The notes below the pieces were generated by a model that saw nothing but the letters and a program-made list of their open reading frames with translations, made no database searches and was not told the origin of the DNA. From Eledone cirrhosa (Eukaryota), in contig OZ024764.1 in the NCBI GenBank assembly GCA_964016885.1, positions 28,582,001-28,646,000 of the forward strand: a DNA stretch of 64,000 nucleotides. The letters are read 5' to 3'. Positions 1 through 9,774 of the stretch are shown here, in pieces; position 1 is the first letter of the stretch; each line of letters begins with the position of its first letter. The translations under genes and the position numbers were made by a program.

Positions 1-198
1 TGGAACCAGTGTTTCTTCACTGCAAGAAATATACTGTATTCAAACCTGGAGAGGAGATGGGCTTAAAATGCCAGGCTTCAAAATGCCCTAGAAATGCCAT
101 ATTTCAATATGGTACTCCTATGACTCCCCAGGGCTAATCTAAGGCAAACTAGAGCTAACATAAGATTAATCTGGAGTTAACCAATGGCTAACATGGCA

Positions 199-1435
199 TT
201 AACCCTTTAGCATTTACATTACTCTATATATACTATTGTATTTTCACAGTAAAGGCTTTACCTCACATAATATCCCACATAACATTTACATTACTCTATA
301 TATACTATTGTATTTTCACAGTAAAGGCTTTACCTCACATAATATCTCACATAACATTTACATTACTCTATATATACTATTGTATTGTCACAGTAAAGGC
401 TTTACCTCACATAATATCTCACATAACATTTACATTACTCTATATATACTATTGTATTTTCACAGTAAAGGCTTTACCTCACATAATATCTCACATAACA
501 TTTACATTACTCTATATATACTATTGTATTGTCACAGTAAAGGCTTTACCTCACATAATATCTCACATAACATTTACATTACTCTATATATACTATTGTA
601 TTTTCACAGTAAAGGCTTTACCTCACATAATATCTCACATAACATTTACATTACTCTATATATACTATTGTATTTTCACAGTAAAGGCTTTACCTCACAT
701 AATATCTCACATAACATTTACATTACTCTATATATACTATTGTATTGTCACAGTAAAGGCTTTACCTCACATAATATCTCACATAACATTTACATTACTC
801 TATATATACTATTGTATTTTCACAGTAAAGGCTTTACCTCACATAATATCTCACATAACATTTACATTACTCTATATATACTATTGTATTGTCACAGTAA
901 AGGCTTTACCTTACATAATATCTCACATAACATTTACATTACTCTATATATACTATTGTATATTCACAGTAAAGGCTTTACCTCACATAATATCTCACAT
1001 AACATTTACATTACTCTATATATACTATTGTATTTTCACAGTAAAGGCTTTACCTCACATAATATCTCACATAACATTTACATTACTCTATATATACTAT
1101 TGTATTGTCACAGTAAAGGCTTTACCTTACATAATATCTCACATAACATTTACATTACTCTATATATACTATTGTATTGTCACAGTAAAGGCTTTACCTC
1201 ACATAATATCTCACATAACATTTACATTACTCTATATATACACTGTTGTATTTTTGTGGTAAAGGCTTTATCTCATATTATTCTCATATAATATTGAACC
1301 TATGCGATTTTGATATTAGTTATTTTGAGAACAATACCTTAACATCAGTATTAGCAGCCAGTTGCAGCTGGTTTGAACAGAAAGAGGTGAGAGAATACTG
1401 GCTGGATTCGGCCAGTTTAAATGCTAAAGAGTTGA
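199..1435 (+). mobile_element. Same piggyBac-type MITE with an internal 72-bp tandem amplification
   Basis: ttaaccctttagcattta at 199 and taaatgctaaagagttga at 1418-1435; interior homologous to 46001-46172. Confidence 0.8.
211..1290. repeat. 72-bp tandem array, ~14-15 copies
   Basis: catttacattactctatatatactattgtattttcacagtaaaggctttacctcacataatatctcacataa. Confidence 0.97.
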
Positions 1436-1583
1436 CCTTCTGCTAACATAGAGCTAACCTAGTCCTATTTTATAGTTAACCAAGAGCTAAAACAACAACA
1501 ATAACACCACTTTTTAATCCTAATTTAACTATATCTCAGCTCTGAAGATACCAAATTTTGTATATTTTCCATTATTTTCACAG

Positions 1584-1680
1584 CATATTCATGGGTGTCA
1601 ATCCAAACTTTATTATATCTGATCCGGAAATCATACAAGAAGTTTTAGTAAAAAGATTTTCAATCTTTACTAACCGAACT
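1584..1680 (+). CDS. Clan-3 (CYP3A-like) cytochrome P450, first exon visible in window (IFMGVNPNFIISDPEIIQEVLVKRFSIFTNRT)
   Basis: ttttcacag acceptor and gtaagt donor; peptide resembles CYP3A '[20 protein letters not shown]'; 97 bp, phase compatible with next exon. Confidence 0.9.
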
Positions 1681-1744
1681 GTAAGTAGTATAGTATATGT
1701 TTTCTATGTAATTTCAGTATTAACCCTTTAGCATTACTTTATCT

Positions 1745-2531
1745 TGTGAACGTCACCTGGGCATTACTGTCAGCAGAGATTTGCATTGGACAAAGCACAT
1801 CTCTAAAATTGTCAAGGCCGAGGGTGTTGTAGCATCACTCAGCAAGACAAAGGTCTTGCTGAGTGATGCTATTTAAAGCTGTATATAGCTATGGTGCGGC
1901 CACACTTAGAATTTGCATCACCAGTCTGGAACCCCTATCTTGCTCAGAATATTGACCTCCTGGAAACTGTTCAGGGACGTGAAACCAAGCGAATACCTTT
2001 CATAAGGCATCTACCATACTCTGAATGCCTTGCTTCCCTGGGCATGAATACACTGAAGCTCCAACATCTGGCAACTGACTTGGTAAACACCAACAAGATT
2101 ATTAACCCTCTTGCCAACAACCCTGAGCACCTTTTTGAATTCCATGTGTCTAACACACATGGGCATGCCTACAAAGTCAGAAAACAGCACAGCTCCCATA
2201 ACTTTCGGAAACATTTTTTCATGCTCAGAGTTGCTGAAGCATGGAACAAACTACCTGCATCAGTTGTTAGCTGTCGAGACACTGCATCCTTTAAAACCTC
2301 CATGGAACAAACTACCTGCATCAGTTGTTAGCTGTCGGGACACTGCATCCTTTAAAACCTCCATGCTTCCTGAAATTCGCCAACACTACACCTGATATTC
2401 CCCCTCCATACACACACACACACATGTATATCACTTCCCTGACATTTGTATATTATTCTATGTACTATACATGCACCTTTGACGAGTTGTAGTGCACCTG
2501 AGCTCTGTACATAATAATTTCATTATTATTA
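1745..2531 (+). mobile_element. CR1-clade LINE 3' fragment
   Basis: VRPHLEFASPVWNPY...TxGHAYK...AWNKLP ORF2 C-terminus; (ATT)n tail. Confidence 0.9.
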
Positions 2532-2790
2532 TATTGGAAAGTTTAAATTTAAATAGGAACCTTTTACAATTGGGGATTTTGTTTCATAAATGCAAGGGCT
2601 GTTTTGGACAGTTTGGTACAAAAAGGGTTAAATGGGATTGACAAATAAAGGCTCAATATTTGAGCAATATAGTAGAAGACAAAGAAGCCAGACTTGCTGG
2701 TCCCAGTTTGGTAAAATATGTTAAAGCTCTTCTGTGATTTGAACCAGAAGTGGTTTAGGTCAGGTTAGTATCAATAGGGTTAAACAAGAA

Positions 2791-3458
2791 GAATCTAAAC
2801 TATAATAAAGTAAGGAGCACGAGACTGCGTACGGTTTATAATTTTTTATCCCATTAGTAAAATAAGTTGGATTACTTTGAATAAATAATGAATGAATATT
2901 ACATAATTTATCTACTAAATTTCGTGGCTGTTGATTAAATATATTTTGTTTATTTAAAGATTCACTTCTTTAAAATTTCTGAAATGTCAACACTTCCGGT
3001 GGCAATCACTTAAATAAACATACTAATTTTCTGTCACTAATTTTCTCCTAATGCAGTTTATATATAATATTGTCTTTTTTTAATGTATCATGGATTACGT
3101 TACTGATTACATAAGACAGTGTAACACAGTCTTCGTTCAATTTCTGTGTATATTGTCAATTACGATTTTATTTGATGTATTATATCTACATGTATATATA
3201 CTTGCGTATAATATCAATATACACACTACACATGCTAGCAGATTTATAATATCGTCTTTTTTAATGTATCATGGATTACGTTACTGATTAAATAAGACAG
3301 TGTAACGCAATCTTCGTTTAATTTCTATGTATTATATATTGTCAATTACGATTTTATTTGACGTATCATATCTACATGTATATATACTTGCGTATAATAT
3401 CAATATACACACTACACATGCTAGCAGAAAACCACCCTTTGGGTGGTTTTCTGCTAGT
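2791..3458. repeat. Dispersed repeat with ~190-bp internal duplication and terminal hairpin; inverted, interrupted copy at ~14440-15273
   Basis: ctagcagaaaaccaccc-ttt-gggtggttttctgctag hairpin at 3421-3457; ORFs 3090 (+) and 14621 (-) give the same spurious peptide. Confidence 0.7.
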
Positions 3459-3509
3459 ATATTTAATAAAATATAATTTTATATAAGAACCTTATGTTAT
3501 GTTTATGTC

Positions 3510-4400
3510 GGGTCACTCTCAAGTGTTACTGGTTGCATGTATCCCAGTAGAACCTGTCACATGGCCGGGTCGGTTGCGACTAAACTGGCAACCCCACTAA
3601 GTTTACTTGATGAGGAGGGTGATGTATGTATGTATGTATATATGTTTGTATATACATACATACATACATGTATAAGGTTTCTTGGTGAGGAGGGTGACTT
3701 TGGACATCCTGCAGGACTAAAAACAAAACCTGTCAAAGGGCAAAGGAGCTCTTAAGAGTCAATGGCCATCCAAAATCACCGGGAGAGATGACCCCTTAGC
3801 CTTTGTCAAGGCAGAATTCTAGGAGAAGGAAAACTCTGATATAACACCTGCAACCCTGATGGTATCCAATGATGTTGACTTGTTCTTCTTTTTGGTAAAT
3901 ATCATCTTGGTTAAGAGAGTGGGACTGGCTTTGTGCTGTGCCTTTGCTCACTATAAAAGCTTCACGGCACAGGCATTGCTTTATATCTGGAGATCTCTCT
4001 GCACTTGTCGTCACATGGTACCATGGGCCCAGCACTATGTGTCAATAATTGTCACAAGTGTAGTGTTTGTACCAGAGTTTTCAAGTCGCTGGCTGGACTA
4101 AAAAGTCACACTCATAGGGGTTTCGGTAGGGGTTCTCCTACATGGATATAAAGTAGTGGCCATACTCGAAAACGAGTTGGCAGCCACCATATATGTAGCC
4201 TTTGTCAGGGCATTCTTCTAGGAGAATGCAACTCAGGAAACTGGGATAACTCCGATATAAAACCTGCGACTCAGTAGTTACCGATGATCTTGATCTTTTC
4301 TTCTTTTCGGGTTATAGCTACTGTCTCTCAGAGAGTAGGATTGGCTCGGTGCACAGTCTTTCCTCACTTTAAAAAATATCTTCACGCACAGGCATTGCAC
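3510..4400 (+). repeat. Dispersed non-coding repeat resembling RTE 5'UTR (relatives 33062-33730, 45008-45170)
   Basis: gactaaactggcaacccc..cttggtgaggag and ctaggagaaggaaaactctga motifs recur at three loci. Confidence 0.55.
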
Positions 4401-4859
4401 GATAGAATTAATTAATAATTATTAATAATGGTATATCATGCAATGGCCATACTCGATAACGAGGGGGCAGCCATCATGTATATATATATATATATATACA
4501 TATGAATGTATGTGTATGTATGTATGTGTGAATGTATATATGTATGTATATGTCAGGGCACTCTTGAGTGATACTGGAAGCATGTAACAGCATGGACTGT
4601 TGTGTTTTTTTTTGTTGTGACACCTACACGATCTCATTAGTTTAGACTGGATGCTGTGGTACCAACATAACTTTATAGAGAAAGAGTTGTGTTGGCGGGT
4701 GTGGGAGGATGGAGTGGGGGTAGTGGGTTGGGGTGTGTTTGGTTTTGAGGGTCCTACTGACTGTAGGTTAACTTTGCATGTAGGGAATGTGGGTCTTCTG
4801 TAATATTGCGTGCCGAATATAATAAATCCTGAACTTTATCATTCTTTATATTTTGTCAG

Positions 4860-4973
4860 GCCTTTTTGAGTGAGGAGATCAATGATCTTACATTACCAAC
4901 TACTAAAGATAGCCATTGGAAATTTCTCCGCGCTGTGTTGTCTCCATCTTTTACCGCCCATCAAATGCGAGAG
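4860..4973 (+). CDS. P450 exon with C-helix WxxxR (AFLSEEINDLTLPTTKDSHWKFLRAVLSPSFTAHQMRE)
   Basis: ag/gtaagt boundaries, 114 bp, WKFLR..LSPSFT motif typical of clan 3. Confidence 0.93.
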
Positions 4974-4981
4974 GTAAGTCC

Positions 4982-5908
4982 CATCATCATCATCACCATT
5001 TTACGTCCGGTTTTCCCTGCTTGCAAGGGTGGGACGGGTCCTATTCAGCACAGCATCTCTCCACTCGTCACAGTCCTTCGTCATCTCCCCCGTGAGCTTC
5101 AGCGATCTGAGGTCTGCTCTCACTACCTCCGTCCATGTTTTTCGTGATCTACCTCTACTGCATCTTCCTTCCACAGGAATTGGTCCTATTCAGCACAGCA
5201 TCTCTCCACTTGTCACGGTCCTTCGTCATCTCCCCCGTGAGCTTCAGCGATCTGAGGTCTGCTCTCACTACCTCCGCCCATGTTTTTCGTGATCTACCTC
5301 TACTGCATCTTCCTTCCACAGGAATTGGTCCTATTCAGCACAGCATCTCTCCACTCGTCACTGTCCTTCGTCATCTCCCCCGTGAGCTTCAGCGATCTGA
5401 GGTCTGCTCTCACGACTCCGCCCATATTTTTTGTGATCTTCCTCTACCACGTCTTCCTTCCACTGGGATTTCTTGGCACTTCTTTACCCAGCGGTCATCC
5501 TCCATGCACATCACATGTCCATACCATCTCAGCCTTCTCTCCTGCACACCACAACTTATCCCTCTTATACTCAGTTTCTCTCTCAACACATCACATGTCC
5601 ATACCATCTCAGCCTTCTCTCCTGCACACCACAACTTATCCCTCTTATACCCAGTTTCTCTCTCAACACATCACATGTCCATACCATCTCAGTCTTCTCT
5701 CCTGCACACCACAACTTATCCCTCTTATACTCAGTTTCTCTCTCAACACATCACATGTCCATACCATCTCAGCCTTCTCTCCTGCACACCACAACTTATC
5801 CTTCTTATACCCAGTTTCTCTCTCAACACATCACATGTCCATACCATCTCAGTCTTCTCTCCTGCACACCACAACTTATCCCTCTTATACTCAGTTTCTC
5901 TCTCAACT
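4982..5908 (-). mobile_element. RTE subfamily-2 3' fragment with internal tandem duplications (3x145 bp, 5x80 bp)
   Basis: QERRLRWYGHVMCMEDDRWVKKC on minus strand; (CAT)n at left end; unamplified relative at 13970-14225. Confidence 0.85.
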
Positions 5909-6444
5909 CATCTATGCTTAGTCGTTCAGTATGTGTATAAATATAGAGATAATTCTATAAGTTGATAAAACAACAGTAACACATTGAGATATTATTTTAA
6001 ACCATATATCCACTGAAGACACACTATGTTGTCATCATCATCATCATCATCATCATCGTTTAATGTCCATCTTCCATGCTTGCATGGGTTTGGACGGGAA
6101 TTTTCCCACTTGAGGCAAGATTGGTTGTCTTGCTCGTATAGGACTGTCTGGCGGGTTTTCTACGGTTGGATGCCCTTCCTAACTCCAACCACATTACAGC
6201 GTGGACTGTGTGTTTTTTTGTCGTGACACCTACACGACCTCATGTTGTACATATACTAAATACATATTACAAAGACCTCACAATCACGAGTCCAAACACC
6301 CTACCTTATAAACCATGCAATGAAGTTTCTTGCACAAGGACCCAATAGACTGCTAGAAATTCACCTCACAACCTCACAATCTTCATCCCAAACACCCTTA
6401 CCCATTAAACCATGCAATGAAATATCATTCTATGTCTGTTGTAG

Positions 6445-6533
6445 ATGAACACAATGATTCAAACATGTGCTGGTACATTGGCAGACAACTTTGGAAAATT
6501 AGCAGACAGCGGAGAAATTACAGAAGTTAAAAA
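6445..6533 (+). CDS. P450 exon (MNTMIQTCAGTLADNFGKLADSGEITEVK)
   Basis: ttgtag / gtatgt boundaries, 89 bp, phase 0 to 2 fits neighbours. Confidence 0.88.
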
Positions 6534-6602
6534 GTATGTAAAAATATTTGAACATTCTCTTTGAAATTTAACTTTGTTTCAATATCAGAACATTAGTTGG
6601 TT

Positions 6603-6730
6603 ACACTCTACAGCCACTGACCAACAACAACACCACTCTACAGCCACTGCCCAACAACAACACCACTCTACAGCCACTGCCCAACACCAACACCACTCTA
6701 CAGCCACTGCCCAACAACAACACCACCACC
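6603..6730. repeat. 30-bp minisatellite x4
   Basis: caccactctacagccactgcccaacaacaa. Confidence 0.9.
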
Positions 6731-6821
6731 AGCAACCATTGACCATCACCAACATTTACACAGACAAGAAAACCATATATTCTCGCCTGTTTTCAAGTCC
6801 AGCATTTGCAAGTGTAGGAGA

Positions 6822-6867
6822 GATCACCCTGATGAGATCCAGTTAAGTTCGAAATGCATTGACGATT
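6822..6867 (+). ncRNA. Degenerate hammerhead-like motif
   Basis: gatcacc-CTGATGA-gatccagttaagttc-GAAA-TGCA-TT-gacgatt; palindromic AATGCATT; stems partly decayed. Confidence 0.5.
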
Positions 6868-7304
6868 GTCCCCCTTGCTTCTGCTGGACACCACCAGAGG
6901 TCTATAGCTCCGGTCTTTTGCATAGCTACAGCTTTCTAAATGTTTATCCATAAACATACTGTATTTCTTTAGAAATATAAAATTTACCCTTATGTTCTAT
7001 AGAACATAAGGGTAAATTAGAGAACATAGAAATAAAAATAGAATCTACACACAGAAAAGACGCAATGTTTAGACAAATCACAGAGGCAATAAACATAAAA
7101 GAATTACAACCAAAATTAAATAGAAAACATGAGTGGAACAGCAACATCACAACTTACAATTAAGGACAAAATGAAAACACACACGCACATAGAACAAACA
7201 ACCAACCAGTAACATGTAAATAAACGAATATAAACACACACAGAAACAGGATGGTGTAGGACAGAACAAAGGAGAGGCACAAAAAACAAAGAAAAGAATC
7301 CCCA

Positions 7305-7348
7305 GTCACTGAAGAGGTCACAGAATGTGTGACGAAAGAACTCTAACA
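7305..7348 (+). ncRNA. Hammerhead-like motif
   Basis: gtca-CTGAAGA-g-GTCACA gaatg TGTGAC-GAAA-gaac-TC-taac; perfect 6-bp stem II, imperfect stem I. Confidence 0.6.
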
Positions 7349-7499
7349 ATATATAAACAACCATCTGGTTGTGGAACCAACCAACCAACCGGAAATTTAT
7401 AAATTCCTAAATTTATAAATTTATTATAATAAATTGAAGTGAAAGCAACTGGTGCGTGTGTTTCTTATTGGCAACATGACCCTCCCAAAGTATAACAAT

Positions 7500-8082
7500 A
7501 GAGAGACTGAGCATAAGAGGAATCAAATGCTGTGTGCAGGAGAGGCGGTTGCACTGGTATGGACATGTGATGCGTATGAAGGATGACAGCTGCATAAAAA
7601 GGTGCAGAGCACTAGAAGTTGATGGAAACCGCGGAGTGGGGAGACCCAAGATGACCTGGGATGAGGTGATAAAAGCCGACCTTACCCAATTACACCTCTC
7701 AAAGACAATGACACACGACCGTGACTTCTGGCGTCACGCAGTAATACAGAGTACCCGACCTCCCATGGGTACAAGCTGAAGCATATAGACAATATGCCCC
7801 CCACACCCTCCACCGCAAGATGGTCGTGGAGGTGCCACGGCAAAAAAGCACCCAGCCCACACTGTAAAGTGGACGTGTAGGCGCCACGAAAAAGCACCCA
7901 GCACTCACTGTAAATGAGGTTGGTGTTAGGAAGGGCATCCAGCTGTAGAAATCAAGCCAAATCAGTTCCTGTATGAGCAAGGCATGGTCAGCCGACCAGA
8001 CACTGCCCACAACAGGACAACCCGTCTAACCCATGCTAGCGTGGAAGAACGGACGTAAAACAGTGATGATGATGATGATGAT
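7500..8082 (+). mobile_element. 5'-truncated copy of the intact RTE LINE
   Basis: Near-identical to ~41318-41898; QERRLHWYGHVMRMKDD; (GAT)n tail. Confidence 0.93.
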
Positions 8083-8378
8083 ATATATATGTGTATATAT
8101 ATATATATATGTATGTATATATATGTATATATATATATATATATATATACAATATTAAATAAATGGAAACTATATTTATAAAACCATATTTATTTCATTA
8201 TATATATTTCGGGGATATCATATTAACAATATGCTATGCCTTCCTCAGACAAAATACAATATAAACAGTTTTATAGATAAATAGATAGATAGATTCGACA
8301 TACCGTTATAACACCGACTTCAAATGGAAGTCGGTGTTATAACGGTATGTCGAATCTATTTATCTATAAAACTGTTTA

Positions 8379-8453
8379 TATTGTATTTTGTCTGAGGAAG
8401 GCATAGCATATTGTTAATATGATATCCCCGAAATATATATAATGAAATAAATA
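8379..8453 (+). ncRNA. Type I hammerhead ribozyme motif (Penelope-type); mirror copy on - at 8187-8261
   Basis: stem I tattgtattttgt / atgaaataaata, CTGAGGA 8392-8398, stem II with catatt/aatatg, GAAA 8430-8433, palindromic tatata, AUA cleavage triplet. Confidence 0.7.
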
Positions 8454-9041
8454 TGGTTTTATAAATATAGTTTCCATTTATTTAATATTGTAAATATACT
8501 CCAAATATTTGTCGAGTGCTTTTATATCAGTTATAAATATTTACTAGTTGTAACCCAACAATTTTAAATATAACTTTCCATGTATATATATATATATATA
8601 AAATATTAAAAAAATAATGAATAAAACAATGAAACAGTTCCTTATATTAAACAAAAAAAGTTCATTATTTAACGATCGTTTCTAGGATATATATGTGTTA
8701 GAATTGGCATGCATATTCAACAGATCATATCTAGAAACGATCGTTAAATAATGAACTTTTTTTGTTTAATATAAGGAACTGTTTCATTGTTTTATTCATT
8801 ATTTTTTTAATATTTTATCTTGACTCTGTATTCCGTTTATCTTTCACCGAAAGTGATTTTTCATTGCATCTCTTCTTTCCATGATATCCGGACTACATTG
8901 AGTTCTCCATACGGATTGGACACTACCGTAAACTCTTGGTAGATTTATCTACATATATATATATATATATATATAAGCATGTTCTGCAACAAAGAAGAAG
9001 ATCAATATAAATATATGATATCTATTTTCTGCTTAATTTAG

Positions 9042-9190
9042 GCTGTTCTCTGCTTATACCATAGACGCCATAGCGGCAACTGGTTTTGGAATAATGGTGG
9101 ATTCACAGAAAAACCCAAATGATCCTTTGGTACAAAAGGCGAAAGGCATATTTGACATTAGTGTTTTCAGCCCAGTTTTACTTTTATTCT
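9042..9190 (+). CDS. P450 exon (LFSAYTIDAIAATGFGIMVDSQKNPNDPLVQKAKGIFDISVFSPVLLLF)
   Basis: tttag / gtaagt, 149 bp, resembles CYP3A '[29 protein letters not shown]'. Confidence 0.93.
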
Positions 9191-9264
9191 GTAAGTATTG
9201 GCATTCTTTATTTATTTTGAAGAGTTCTTCATTTTCTTCTTTGCCCACTTATTCCTGAGCTGGT

Positions 9265-9618
9265 TATAATAATGAAATTATTGTGTACAGTGCTCAGGTG
9301 CACTACAACTCATCAAAGGTGCATGTATAGTACATAGAATAATGTACAAATGTCAGGAAAATGAACAGTGTATGAGTCATGATATAATAACAATAACAAT
9401 AATGAAATATTGTGCACAGTGCCCAGGTGCACCACAACCCATCAAAAAAGTGCATGTACAGTACATAGGGCAATGCACAAACATCAGTAAAATGAACAGT
9501 GCACACATGTATGCATGTGTATGGAAGGGGCACATCAGGTGTAGTTTTGGCATATTTCGGGAAGCATGAGTGTCTTAAAGGATGCAGTGTCTCGGCAGCT
9601 AACAATTGACGCAGGCAG
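9265..9618 (-). mobile_element. CR1 3'UTR fragment
   Basis: Near-identical to 52690-53058. Confidence 0.85.
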
Positions 9619-9774
9619 GACAGCAAAGTCCTCAAACATTCCTTCTAACAGGTCATGTCAGAAGCAACCGTCTCCAACTGATCAGGCTAGATCTCCAAGC
9701 GAGACCAGCCAATCTCATGGATGTTATCCGACCCCTGGGTTTCATGCCGGTTGGTTTTACCCGTAAAATCTGTC

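Noticed and set aside
236-1291. 351-aa ORF
   Set aside because: Translation of the 72-bp tandem repeat
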